Of a DNA stretch of 49,456 nucleotides, positions 33,788-42,512 are shown piece after piece. The translations under genes and the position numbers were made by a program. Within the stretch, counting starts at the first letter, position 1, and every line of letters starts with the position of its first letter. The stretch is from positions 1 through 49,456 of IMG/VR virus record IMGVR_UViG_3300034357_000413, one strand, 5' to 3'. Under the pieces are notes generated by a model that saw nothing but the letters and a program-made list of their open reading frames with translations, did no database searches and was not told where the DNA came from. The stretch comes from a virus. Its lineage: Duplodnaviria; Caudoviricetes.

Positions 33788-34071
33788 TGATGACTCGTGG
33801 CGATGAAAGAGTTCTGGTCGAAATGTGGCACGCCGGCCACCGGGTCCGCGAGATCGCGGGCCGCTTGGGGATCGGCATATCGACGGTCAACCTTTACAAG
33901 CGGCAGGCAGGGCTCAAGGCCCGCGGCCTGAAGCACCAAGGCCAGCCGGATGATCCGTCACCGGAGGACGAGGCGGCATCCCAGGCTGGCCTAGCCCTCG
34001 CCCCCTCGGTGGCTCGCGCCGCCCGCATCATCCGCCAGCGTCACCTGGAAAGAATGGCGGGTGCTCGATGA
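33787..34071 (+). CDS. HTH protein (GcrA-like N-terminus)
   Basis: LVEMWHAGHRVREIAGRLGIGISTV. Confidence 0.65.
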   Translation: MMTRGDERVLVEMWHAGHRVREIAGRLGIGISTVNLYKRQAGLKARGLKHQGQPDDPSPEDEAASQAGLALAPSVARAARIIRQRHLERMAGAR

Positions 34072-34253
34072 GCTGGCATCTCGTCACGACCGGCCTGCCC
34101 CCGGCCGGCAACAGGGTTCTTGTCTACCTCCCGCAGTACCGCGACATCGGGATCGCATACCGGGATGAGCATGGTTTCTGGCGACACGACGATGGCGCCG
34201 GCTTCCAGGAGTGGGAGGTGACACACTGGACAACCCTCCCGGATCGGCCTTGA
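34068..34253 (+). CDS. DUF551-like small phage protein
   Basis: MSWHLV..GLP....VLV...VTHWTTLP. Confidence 0.7.
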   Translation: MSWHLVTTGLPPAGNRVLVYLPQYRDIGIAYRDEHGFWRHDDGAGFQEWEVTHWTTLPDRP

Positions 34254-34278
34254 CGCATAGCCTACCGATGCAGATAAT
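34250..34278 (+). promoter_or_regulatory. Sigma70-type promoter
   Basis: TTGACG-N17-GATAAT. Confidence 0.6.
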
Positions 34279-34313
34279 CCGCTCGTTCTGTCCCTTTCTC
34301 ATGGAGGATTCTT

Positions 34314-34607
34314 ATGCGTTCTTTTCTTCTGGCTCTCGCTCTTCTGGTCTGCGGCACGGTCGCCAACGGCCAGACTACGGTGACGATCACGACGGCTCAG
34401 GCCGACGCTGATTACATGGCCCGCACCGGCCGGTTCGGCCACTGTGGCCGGCACGGCAGTGGATACGAGGGGATCGGCTTCTCGACGGTGTCTGCGGACG
34501 ATGCCATCAAGCGGTCGTGTTTCTGGGGCAAGCGGCGCCCCGTGGAGATCGCCACGTCGTTCTCGGCCCGTCGACGCGGCTGGGTAGCCGTGGTTCGCTA
34601 CCGCTGA
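34314..34607 (+). CDS. Secreted small protein, possibly a minimal CAP/SCP-like domain
   Basis: Signal-peptide-like MRSFLLALALLVCGTVANG; AQADADYMA...GH...EGIG; GGAGG SD. Confidence 0.6.
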   Translation: MRSFLLALALLVCGTVANGQTTVTITTAQADADYMARTGRFGHCGRHGSGYEGIGFSTVSADDAIKRSCFWGKRRPVEIATSFSARRRGWVAVVRYR

Positions 34608-34622
34608 GTATTCGCTCCCACG

Positions 34623-34659
34623 GCCGGCGGCTGGTTATCTCTCTCGGCCAGCCGCCGGC
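34623..34659. terminator. Intergenic hairpin
   Basis: GCCGGCGGCTGG / CCAGCCGCCGGC 12-bp inverted repeat; weak U-tract. Confidence 0.45.
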
Positions 34660-34687
34660 TTGTGGTGAGCCCCCCAGGAGCATCAAC

Positions 34688-34906
34688 GTGAACAACCGAG
34701 AGCTAGACGCCGTGGCCGAAGTCATCGGAAGACTCATGGCTGGCTTCGTGACCGCCGTGGTCGTTTTCGCCGCTGTTTCGGCCGGCGTGATGATCTTCTG
34801 GAACGCTGCCGTCCCAGATGTCTTCGGCCTGCCGTCACTCACCTACAGAAAAGCAGCGGCGTTCGCTGCGATCGTCGGAAGTCTTTCATTCCTCTGGAAA
34901 AGGTAA
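34688..34906 (+). CDS. Two-TM membrane protein
   Basis: GTG after AGGAG; WNAAVPDVFGLPSLTY between two hydrophobic helices. Confidence 0.65.
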   Translation: MNNRELDAVAEVIGRLMAGFVTAVVVFAAVSAGVMIFWNAAVPDVFGLPSLTYRKAAAFAAIVGSLSFLWKR

Positions 34907-34908
34907 TC

Positions 34909-35232
34909 ATGTCCCGACTAGTCAACGTCCCGATGTTGTTCCGCCTCTGGTTCAGCGATCTCAGCGACGACGATCTGTGCATCGAGTTGCGGATCGTCAG
35001 GGCCACGATGTCGAGGCTCGCCAAGCAGTACGCGCTGCCGCCCAGGCTCACCGCGAAGGGCGATCCGCAGCGTCGGCTCGACGATCCAACGGCGGAAGAG
35101 ATCGCGGAGCGGGCTGCGATCGAGCGGAGCCGGTGGACGCCGGAAGAAGAGAAGCGTCGAGCCGTCGGCCGTAGGGCCGTCGAGGTCGCGGCCTACGAGT
35201 TCGATGTGCAGCAGCGTGTGTTTCGGTATTGA
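34909..35232 (+). CDS. HTH-like protein with a DPTxEEI motif
   Basis: LFRLW...DDPTAEEIAERAA...RWT. Confidence 0.6.
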   Translation: MSRLVNVPMLFRLWFSDLSDDDLCIELRIVRATMSRLAKQYALPPRLTAKGDPQRRLDDPTAEEIAERAAIERSRWTPEEEKRRAVGRRAVEVAAYEFDVQQRVFRY

Positions 35233-35258
35233 CCAGATAGGCTACAAGCGGCGATAAT
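35229..35258 (+). promoter_or_regulatory. Sigma70-type promoter, probably leaderless
   Basis: TTGACC-N18-GATAAT, ATG 6 nt downstream. Confidence 0.5.
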
Positions 35259-35264
35259 CACAGG

Positions 35265-35543
35265 ATGCTTGAGAAGACCATCGTGGCGAAAGTCGTCGCC
35301 ACGGCCAGGTCGATGGACTGGTGGATATGTAAGCTGCACGGCAACGCCTACAGCCTGCAAGGTCTGCCAGACCTTTTAGCGATCAAGGATGGTCGCGCCG
35401 CCTGGCTTGAGTGCAAGGTTCCGGGGAACTCCCCTACCCGCATTCAGGAACACCGGATGCGAGAGCTGACCGCCGCGGGCTGCCCGGTGGCCGTCGTGAC
35501 CAGTGCCGGCGAAGCGCGGGCGTTTCTGGAGAGCCTGAAATGA
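35265..35543 (+). CDS. VRR-NUC nuclease (Holliday junction resolvase-like)
   Basis: MLEKTI...GLPDL...WLECK...Q motifs. Confidence 0.85.
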   Translation: MLEKTIVAKVVATARSMDWWICKLHGNAYSLQGLPDLLAIKDGRAAWLECKVPGNSPTRIQEHRMRELTAAGCPVAVVTSAGEARAFLESLK

Positions 35544-35902
35544 GATACGTCAAGGTAACTGCGACGGTGAGCGAACCGCGAAACTCAGGCGGCTACGGCG
35601 ATGAACGCCGCAGGGTGATCGGTAAGGCTTCGATCACTCCGTCCGGTGGGAGCCGCGATGTTGGCGGCGAGATCGCAGACCTAATCGGGTTTCTGTGCTT
35701 CTGCGACAAGAGCCTGGACAGGAAAGAGATCGCCGCCGCTGTTGTCGAGAGAATTGGCGACCTACCGGAGGTCTACGAGACGGCAGCGGAGCGGGCCGCA
35801 AACTCCGCGGTCGTCACGCTCTCCAGGGGCTTCGACGAGCGCTTCGACACATTGCATAGGAACTTTGTTCGGCTCTGCGAAAGGGTGGACGAACTGAAAT
35901 GA
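35540..35902 (+). CDS. Hypothetical protein
   Basis: MRYVKVTATV...; ATGA overlaps at both ends. Confidence 0.55.
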   Translation: MRYVKVTATVSEPRNSGGYGDERRRVIGKASITPSGGSRDVGGEIADLIGFLCFCDKSLDRKEIAAAVVERIGDLPEVYETAAERAANSAVVTLSRGFDERFDTLHRNFVRLCERVDELK

Positions 35903-36528
35903 TCGAAGAATCCTGGCTCGTCGAGTACGTTCTGCGAGCCAAGGCCGCCGGCGCGAAAACGGCTATCGACGTGGGTGCGAACGTCGGTGAGTTCTCGCGT
36001 CTGCTGGCCGAACACTTCGACCATGTCGTGGCCGTCGAGCCCGACCCCAGGGCGTTTGCCATCTTGGAGAAGTCCGTCCCGTCGAATGTGGTGTGCCTGC
36101 GGGCCGCCGTAGCCGCGGGCAGCGGTGATATCGACTTCCACCTCAGACCCCATACGGTGCAGTCGTCGCTTCTGCTCACGCACCCGATCGGCGCGGCAGA
36201 TCAGACCGAAGCCCCGGTGATCGAGACGATACGCACCCCGTGCCTGTCGCTGGACGATGTCTTAGCCCAGGCCCGCAGCCGGTGGGACGATGCCGGCCGG
36301 CTGTTTGTGAAGGTCGACGTCGAGGGGGCCGAGGGCCAAGTGCTGGCCGGTGCTTTCGATGCCGCCTACCGGGATGCCGCGTGGCTGATTGAGATTCACG
36401 ACCGCGAGCGGGTGGTCGAAGCGGCTCTGGCCCTTCTGGGATTCGACGAGATCGAAGTCATCCCGCATCCGTACCCCTCGGCGCATCCCAAGCATATGTG
36501 GTTCTACGCAGACAGGGGTGACGAATGA
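35899..36528 (+). CDS. FkbM-family methyltransferase
   Basis: IDVGANVG, VAVEP, SLDD, VKVDVEGAE..VLAG, IEIH. Confidence 0.88.
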   Translation: MIEESWLVEYVLRAKAAGAKTAIDVGANVGEFSRLLAEHFDHVVAVEPDPRAFAILEKSVPSNVVCLRAAVAAGSGDIDFHLRPHTVQSSLLLTHPIGAADQTEAPVIETIRTPCLSLDDVLAQARSRWDDAGRLFVKVDVEGAEGQVLAGAFDAAYRDAAWLIEIHDRERVVEAALALLGFDEIEVIPHPYPSAHPKHMWFYADRGDE

Positions 36529-37418
36529 CGACCGTCAGGCCCGAATCATTCTGGGAGATGGAAGATTCCTACAAGCCGATGTACCAGCGGTACGTCGACT
36601 TAGGTCGGCTGGAGGCAAAGAAGTCAAAGGTCGCCATCGTCTGCATCGCCAGGAACGCGATGCCCTACGCGATCAACACGCTGGAGCTGATCGACGAGCT
36701 GGCCGGCGAGTTCCGCGAGGCCGTTTTCTACGCCTTCGAGAATGATTCAGTCGACGGGACCGACAAGGCTCTGGACGGCTTCGCGGCCACGAGATCGTGG
36801 GCGACCGTCGAGCATGACACTCTCCACCGGCCGGATATTCGAGGCTTCGAGCCGGAGCGGACGATCGCGCTGGCCGAGTACCGAAATAGGTGCAGGCTCT
36901 GGGTGGAGAATCATGCCATAGACGCCAGGTACACCGTGGTACTCGATCTAGACCCCCACGGGGGCTTCTCAGTCGACGGCGTGCTGAACTCCATCGGCTG
37001 GCTGATCGAGTACGAGGGCCAGACGTGCCAGGGAGTCACGCCCGGCGGGATGGCGAGTTACTCGCTGTATGTCACGGTCCACGAAGGCGGCACTCAAGGT
37101 GTTGCCCACTACGATGCTTTCGCCGGCCGCCTCTGTTGGTGGGAGGACAGGAAGAAGCAGCTCGACGACGGCCAATGCACGGGCCATATCTGGTTCCACG
37201 CCTTCCTCCCGCCGGCCGGCTGCGAGCCGGTCCCGTTCTATTCCGCGTTCGGCGGGCTGGCTGTCTACAAGACCGAGGCATTCCTAGCCCCAGGCGTCCA
37301 CTACGCCGGCGGGGACTGTGAGCATGTGGCTCTGCACAAGTCCATGCGTCATGCCGGATACGGTATGTGGTTGAACCCCGGATGCCGCTACGCGGCGATC
37401 CTCCCGGAGCGGCCGTGA
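36525..37418 (+). CDS. GT-A glycosyltransferase (CAP59/GT69-like)
   Basis: IARN, ENDSVDGT, LAEYRN, VLDLD, SAFGGLAVYK, DCEHV. Confidence 0.75.
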   Translation: MTTVRPESFWEMEDSYKPMYQRYVDLGRLEAKKSKVAIVCIARNAMPYAINTLELIDELAGEFREAVFYAFENDSVDGTDKALDGFAATRSWATVEHDTLHRPDIRGFEPERTIALAEYRNRCRLWVENHAIDARYTVVLDLDPHGGFSVDGVLNSIGWLIEYEGQTCQGVTPGGMASYSLYVTVHEGGTQGVAHYDAFAGRLCWWEDRKKQLDDGQCTGHIWFHAFLPPAGCEPVPFYSAFGGLAVYKTEAFLAPGVHYAGGDCEHVALHKSMRHAGYGMWLNPGCRYAAILPERP

Positions 37419-37816
37419 ACCTGACCGCTAATCAGAAGCGTGCTCTTCGACGCCTCTGGAGTGGCGACCTCGATCTGCTGGAGATCGCCGAAGACCTCAC
37501 GTTTTCGACGTACCTATGGGTCCAGGATGGCGAGGAATGTGAGATTCTCACATTCGACGTGGCCGCGGTTGTCCAGGCAGCCAGGGCTCTAGGGCTCAAC
37601 GAAAGGTCGCAAGTCGAGATATTCGTGCCGACGCCTGAGCAGATACGGGTAGCTGCGGCGCTGATCCGCGAGGGATGGACGCAGAGGGAGCGAGAGGATC
37701 GTCGCAAGAGCGCGTGGCTGTCGGGTATACTTGAAGATGCTACAGAGGCAGACAAAAACAATGCTGGCGGAAGTACGTCTCCTGATAGCGCCGAAGGAGA
37801 TTCGGCTGATCTTTAA
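37415..37816 (+). CDS. HTH-like protein related to 34909..35232
   Basis: GTG overlaps the upstream stop; LRRLW...PTPEQIR...GWT. Confidence 0.55.
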   Translation: MNLTANQKRALRRLWSGDLDLLEIAEDLTFSTYLWVQDGEECEILTFDVAAVVQAARALGLNERSQVEIFVPTPEQIRVAAALIREGWTQREREDRRKSAWLSGILEDATEADKNNAGGSTSPDSAEGDSADL

Positions 37817-37952
37817 GGTGGGTGACGAGGTCGTCGAAGACGAGCTGTGGAAGACTGACCGGAAGGTCAGTGCCAAAGAGGCGAAGGGATTGGCCGAGGT
37901 GGCGTTTCACGACTATTTCGACTTGGTGAACTACAACGTCAATGGAGAGTGA
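37761..37952 (+). CDS. Hypothetical protein
   Basis: MLAEVRLLI...; start uncertain (37731-37761). Confidence 0.5.
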   Translation: MLAEVRLLIAPKEIRLIFKVGDEVVEDELWKTDRKVSAKEAKGLAEVAFHDYFDLVNYNVNGE

Positions 37953-38172
37953 CGAGTCGGAAATCTCGATCCATTCATTCGGCGACGATAGCCCGCCATT
38001 GATGGCTAGTGTGCCGGAGCCGCCGCCTAGCCACTGGGGCAAGATCACTAGCACTGCACGAACTACAAGCGAACAGTATCTGCGTTTCCTCTATGGAGTA
38101 GCACCATGTCGGACAACGGAATGTCAGACGAAGAAGTGTACGGAGCCGGGCTGCCGATCTTCGAGAAGTTGA
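37942..38172 (+). CDS. Hypothetical protein
   Basis: Fills the gap in the operon but overlaps the next ORF by up to 67 bp. Confidence 0.4.
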   Translation: MESDESEISIHSFGDDSPPLMASVPEPPPSHWGKITSTARTTSEQYLRFLYGVAPCRTTECQTKKCTEPGCRSSRS

Positions 38173-38396
38173 AGCTCCTGGCGGAGTGGGCTCCGCTGAT
38201 CGGCAGGCTTCAGGGTGTGATGACGGCCGAGACGCCGTATGACCAGAGTCTGGCTGTGGTGAAGACCCTCCAGTGGGCGGCCGGGAAGAGTGGCACGGCC
38301 ATCGACGACGAGGCCATCTCTCACCTGGAAGCCGTATTGCGGACTCCAGAGGGCAAGGCGTTCTTCCAGTGGGTCGTTCAGAGGGTCACCGGATGA
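38106..38396 (+). CDS. Hypothetical protein
   Basis: GGAG SD; 96-aa helical ORF. Confidence 0.65.
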   Translation: MSDNGMSDEEVYGAGLPIFEKLKLLAEWAPLIGRLQGVMTAETPYDQSLAVVKTLQWAAGKSGTAIDDEAISHLEAVLRTPEGKAFFQWVVQRVTG

Positions 38397-38671
38397 TCTA
38401 CCTACAAGCCCTTGCCGGCCTCGCTGCTGTCGTGATCGCTGCTGGCCCCCAGCTCTCCTACGGATACACCCATCTCATGGCATGGCTCCACGACCCTCCA
38501 GCAACGCCTGACACGCCCGTACTGCTGCCCATCGCCCCGAACTACCAGACGGCCATGCAGAACCTGTCCAGCGTTCGCCTGCGGCTCCTGCGGACTGATT
38601 GCCTGACCGACGAGGTCGCCAAGGCCGTCGCGACCCTGACGCTCGCGTTGATGGACGGGAGCGAAAAATGA
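38393..38671 (+). CDS. N-terminally membrane-anchored protein
   Basis: MIYLQALAGLAAVVIAAG; ATGA overlap. Confidence 0.6.
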   Translation: MIYLQALAGLAAVVIAAGPQLSYGYTHLMAWLHDPPATPDTPVLLPIAPNYQTAMQNLSSVRLRLLRTDCLTDEVAKAVATLTLALMDGSEK

Positions 38672-39150
38672 CCCAGACGACGAGGCTCATCGTGGCCGGA
38701 GTCTTGCTTGCGTTCGCCTGGAAGGGGAATGAAGTCACGATCCCGTGGCCTCAGCCGGAATCGTCTCCAGCCACCGCTCCGCAGCCGTCGCCTGCGGTGC
38801 TCGCGATGGCGGCGCCGGTCAGAGAGTTCCTGACCAAGATGACGCCGAAGGATCGTCTGTATCTAAGCCACTTCTATGACGCCGTTCGCTACGTCTTGGC
38901 GAGAGACGGCGAACGCGACGAGCCGATCATCGCCGACACGAAGAAGTTCGAGGTTTTCCACGCCGGTTCCCTTCGTCTGGCCGTGAACAAGTCCGACGTC
39001 GGCAAGTACGGCGAACTCGGCGATGCGATCGACAAGGTATTCCTGGATGCCGTCGGGGCCGATGAAAAGCCTGTCGATGACGAGCTGAGGGCGAAGTTGG
39101 TCGCGGCCTGCGGAGCCCTGTCGTGGGTGTTCGATATTCATGGCGAATAA
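38668..39150 (+). CDS. N-terminally anchored or exported protein with a Pro-rich linker
   Basis: RLIVAGVLLAFAW then PWPQPESSPATAPQPSP; ATGA overlap. Confidence 0.6.
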   Translation: MTQTTRLIVAGVLLAFAWKGNEVTIPWPQPESSPATAPQPSPAVLAMAAPVREFLTKMTPKDRLYLSHFYDAVRYVLARDGERDEPIIADTKKFEVFHAGSLRLAVNKSDVGKYGELGDAIDKVFLDAVGADEKPVDDELRAKLVAACGALSWVFDIHGE

Positions 39151-40141
39151 GTTCGACCCGCTGAAGTCTTATTCCGCCGGCCTGATCGGCTGTGCGTCTT
39201 CACCTCGCTCTGACGAGGTCTTCGCGGACTACATTATCCGCCGAGGCGGCAATCCCAACGGCAGTGAGGTCGCTCACGAGTGGGAGTTTGCCGATGCCGG
39301 GAAGGGGAAGCTGATCCTCTTGTTCCCATCGGTCGAGAAGGCATTCCCAGGCTGCTGGCCTGGACCGACGCAATTGACAGGCGACTGTGTTGCCAAAGCA
39401 GCGGCGAATTGCTTGCTCACCTCGCTTTCCCTTGAAGCGTTGTCAGGCAAGCCCGATGAAGTCACCGGCATGGTCGAGGGCATACCCGACGTTTCGCCTC
39501 TAGGGATCAAGAATATCCCGGTCGCTAGTGAAAGCCTCTGGAGCTGGAGGGGTTTTGATTCGGACGGCTGGGTTTGCAGCGAGGCGGCGAAGGTCGCCTG
39601 CGAGCGAGGCTTCCTGATTCGCAAGAACTATCCGAAACTCAAGATCGATCTGACGAAGTACACGCACTCGACAAATTCACTGGGTGGATCACGTCCACCA
39701 AGTGCGGCGTGGCTGGCAGAGAGCAAGCAGTACGTCGCGCGGACTTCCACGTTCCTCAAAGGCCGCGAACAAGTCCGCGATATGCTCCACCAGGGCTATG
39801 GGGTGTTTAACTGTTCCTCGATGGCCTTCGAGAAAACCCGCAACGAGGACGGCTACAGTCGCCAACTTGGGGTATGGCAGCATGCGCAAGCCTATATCGG
39901 GTATGACGATCGCCCTGACACGATCAAGAAGTACGGCCAGGCTCTGGTTTGCTGGCTGAATAGCTGGTCGAAGTGGAACTCAGGCCCGCGCCGCGTTCGT
40001 GGCACCACCATCGATATCCCGCACGGCGCTTACTGGGCGCTCGCCAGCACAATCGACCGGGCCAATAACATCGCTCTCTCTTCTGTCGCCGGATGGCCTC
40101 GCCGGCAGCACACAACGTATGGCGCCAAGGGGAACATCTGA
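39140..40141 (+). CDS. Papain-like (C1-type) cysteine peptidase
   Basis: Q..GDCVA (oxyanion Q, catalytic C), WQHAQ (H), WLNSW (N). Confidence 0.75.
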   Translation: MANKFDPLKSYSAGLIGCASSPRSDEVFADYIIRRGGNPNGSEVAHEWEFADAGKGKLILLFPSVEKAFPGCWPGPTQLTGDCVAKAAANCLLTSLSLEALSGKPDEVTGMVEGIPDVSPLGIKNIPVASESLWSWRGFDSDGWVCSEAAKVACERGFLIRKNYPKLKIDLTKYTHSTNSLGGSRPPSAAWLAESKQYVARTSTFLKGREQVRDMLHQGYGVFNCSSMAFEKTRNEDGYSRQLGVWQHAQAYIGYDDRPDTIKKYGQALVCWLNSWSKWNSGPRRVRGTTIDIPHGAYWALASTIDRANNIALSSVAGWPRRQHTTYGAKGNI

Positions 40142-40494
40142 TGATTGCCAGGCAGATAGCAGACGCTGTTGGTGTTTCGACGTTCTTCGGCCTGACCGTC
40201 GTGATGCTGGGCTGCATCCCTATGGGTACGGGTGCTGGCAACCTGGAGCCGTTCGTGGCCGTCACCGGCAACTACGCGATCCATGAGAGCAGTTCGTCGC
40301 CCACCCCGGCCCCAGCACCCGATAGCGATGTCTGCGAGTCGTGCAACGGCACGGGGAAGTCGGACGGGCGAGTCACTTGCCCGACGTGCAACGGCACGGG
40401 GAAGAAGACGAAGGTGGCGACCGTGCTCGTTCACCCCGTGGCACCAACCATTTGCAGGACAGGCACATGCTCGACGCAACGTACCGTCCGCTGA
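40141..40494 (+). CDS. Probable lipoprotein/membrane protein with a DnaJ-type zinc finger
   Basis: Hydrophobic stretch ending VMLGC; two CxxCxGxG repeats (CESCNGTG, CPTCNGTG). Confidence 0.6.
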   Translation: MIARQIADAVGVSTFFGLTVVMLGCIPMGTGAGNLEPFVAVTGNYAIHESSSSPTPAPAPDSDVCESCNGTGKSDGRVTCPTCNGTGKKTKVATVLVHPVAPTICRTGTCSTQRTVR

Positions 40495-40796
40495 AAGACT
40501 ACGTCGCCCGCCGCGGCGGCTTACGGCTGGCGATGCACGAGCGTCTCCGCGACCAGTTGGTCGAGGCCGCCGTGGCCGACTGGCCCGACGGGTGCGACCC
40601 CGACAAGATCGAGGACGTCGTGATCGCCCGCCTCCGCATCCGCGTGCGTGAGCAGTACGGATCAATAATGGCGATGCTCCTGATCAGCATCTTGGCGAAC
40701 GTCATCGGCCGGCTGATCGTCCAGTGGTGGCGCGAGCGGCACAGCCACCGCGTTCTCATGTCTGGGTGGTACGCGCAGGCGAGGAAGTCTGATTGA
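40467..40796 (+). CDS. Membrane protein with a C-terminal TM helix
   Basis: YGSIMAMLLISILANVIGRLIVQWW. Confidence 0.6.
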   Translation: MLDATYRPLKDYVARRGGLRLAMHERLRDQLVEAAVADWPDGCDPDKIEDVVIARLRIRVREQYGSIMAMLLISILANVIGRLIVQWWRERHSHRVLMSGWYAQARKSD

Positions 40797-41374
40797 CCCT
40801 GCCGAATCAAAAGTATGACGTGATCCTCGTCGATCCCCCGTGGTCTTACTACGGCCAGCAAGCCAAGTGGGGCGCGGCGGCGAAGTTCTATAAGACGATG
40901 AGCGACGATGACCTGATGTCGCTTCCCGTTGGCTGGATCGCTAAGGACAACACGGTCCTTTTTTGCTGGGCGACCGGACCGCGCCTCGATTTCGCCATTC
41001 GCCTCGTCGAGCACTGGGGGTTCGTCTATCGAGGCATGGGTTTCGTGTGGGTCAAGTCCACAAAGGCCGGCGTGCCGATCGGCGCCCGCGGAGTTCGGCC
41101 AAGCATCGTAAAGCCCACGACGGAGTTTGTGATCGCCGCCTCGATGGTCGCCAAGGGCCGCCCGATGCCGCTGGACGACGAATCGGTGGCTCAGGTTGTC
41201 TTGGCCCCGGTCACTGCCCATAGCCAGAAACCAGACGAAGTTCAGGCTAGGATCGAGAGGCTCTACCCTTCTGCTTCTCGGCTGGAAATGTTCGCCAGGC
41301 GTCGAAGAGCGGGATGGGACGCATGGGGCGACGAGGTTTCCACGGTCGGGGCTCCCGTTTCTACGGACGGGTGA
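40793..41374 (+). CDS. MT-A70-family N6-adenine methyltransferase
   Basis: YDVILVDPPW, LFCWAT, WGF.Y, WVK, HSQKP, LEMFAR, GWDAWGDE; TTG start. Confidence 0.9.
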   Translation: MTLPNQKYDVILVDPPWSYYGQQAKWGAAAKFYKTMSDDDLMSLPVGWIAKDNTVLFCWATGPRLDFAIRLVEHWGFVYRGMGFVWVKSTKAGVPIGARGVRPSIVKPTTEFVIAASMVAKGRPMPLDDESVAQVVLAPVTAHSQKPDEVQARIERLYPSASRLEMFARRRRAGWDAWGDEVSTVGAPVSTDG

Positions 41375-41375
41375 T

Positions 41376-41684
41376 ATGCCATACCGCATCCCTACTTTCC
41401 GCCCTCGCCAGATGCCTGCCAAGCAGCGCCCGACGGCTGCCGCCCGCGGCTACTGCTCGGCAGCATGGCGGCGTACCAGGCTGGCAGTGATCGCCCGCGA
41501 CGGTGGCGTCTGTCAGCTCTGCGGAGAGCTGGTGCAGGGGGACGACCGAGACGCTCATGTCGATCACGTCATCGAGAAGGCTGCCGGCGGCGGCGATGAG
41601 CTATCTAACCTTCGCCTGGTTCATCGCTCGTGCCACTCGAAGCGGCACGCTTCCGACCGCCTTGGCGGGCGGCTGCGTTCTTAG
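41376..41684 (+). CDS. HNH endonuclease (terminase-associated type)
   Basis: AAARGY...W...RD...CQLC...HVDH...NL...HRSCH; start moved to ATG 41376. Confidence 0.88.
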   Translation: MPYRIPTFRPRQMPAKQRPTAAARGYCSAAWRRTRLAVIARDGGVCQLCGELVQGDDRDAHVDHVIEKAAGGGDELSNLRLVHRSCHSKRHASDRLGGRLRS

Positions 41685-41937
41685 CCTTCGCCGTCCCTCC
41701 CTTGCTCCCCCACTCCTTGACGCGAGCCTGGTGGGCCTTGGAATAGTAGGGGTAGTAGTGCTGCTTCATGGCGGCGATCGCCGCTCTCCGGATCAGCCGG
41801 ATGCCGAACAGCTCTGCGAACACGTCAGCCCCGCTTTCGGCCGCTCGGGCCGCCGACCGATATACCCCGCGCTTCGAGCACCCCAGGGCAACCATCGCAT
41901 CCTCGACGGTCAGGTAGTCGTCTGTCTCGATCTTCAT
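41605..41937 (-). CDS. Excisionase/MerR-like HTH protein with a basic tail
   Basis: YLTVEDAMVALGCSKRGVY; start at ATG 41937. Confidence 0.6.
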   Translation of the reverse strand: MKIETDDYLTVEDAMVALGCSKRGVYRSAARAAESGADVFAELFGIRLIRRAAIAAMKQHYYPYYSKAHQARVKEWGSKGGTAKAKNAAARQGGRKRAASSGTSDEPGEG

Positions 41938-42191
41938 CGCCGCACCACTCCGATCACGCTGTCGCCTAGTTCTGTCAGTGCCGCGGCCACGCGCCGCAGC
42001 GGTCGATCTGGCTGCTGGGCCTCTGGTTGCCACGCAGGGGGCTGCTGCCACGCTGCCTGAGCCTGCGGCTGCCAGACGGTTGTTACGGCCGGGGGGGCCG
42101 CCGGCGGCCGCTCCGCGAGAACCTCGCGGAGCAGCACGACGGTGACCACAACCAGAACGGCCCGCCAGGTGTCGCGAACCATGCCAATCAT
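41934..42191 (-). CDS. Small membrane-anchored Pro/Gln-rich protein
   Basis: AVLVVVTVVLL then WQP repeats; ATGA overlaps. Confidence 0.55.
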   Translation of the reverse strand: MIGMVRDTWRAVLVVVTVVLLREVLAERPPAAPPAVTTVWQPQAQAAWQQPPAWQPEAQQPDRPLRRVAAALTELGDSVIGVVRR

Positions 42192-42466
42192 ACGCAGACA
42201 CTCCCCTCGGCGGCTACGGCTTCCTCGCGGATGGCCGCGGCCTGGCCCAGGCATCGGCGGGCGTATTCCTCGATCTCGCCGGCCGCCCAGTCGGCAGCCT
42301 GGAAGCGGGTAGCGAAACAGTGCTCGAACGAGTGCAGCACTCTGGGGGTTCCGCCGATGGCCGGCCTCACGAGCTTGACCCCCTCGAACTCCTTGACCTC
42401 GTGGACCTCCTGGATGATGGCTCGGCAGCCCTGGTGGCTATCGAAATGAACAAACGCGGCAAACAT
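42188..42466 (-). CDS. Hypothetical protein
   Basis: AGGAG SD before ATG 42466 (MFAAFVHF...). Confidence 0.6.
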   Translation of the reverse strand: MFAAFVHFDSHQGCRAIIQEVHEVKEFEGVKLVRPAIGGTPRVLHSFEHCFATRFQAADWAAGEIEEYARRCLGQAAAIREEAVAAEGSVCV

Positions 42467-42512
42467 GATTCTCGTCTCCTGTAGGTTTATCGTCTTTCTG
42501 TCGCCCTGTAGG

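Noticed and set aside
41376-41684. HNH as a homing endonuclease or defence effector
   Set aside because: Its size and AAARGY...W pattern fit the common terminase-associated HNH; no intron or intein context
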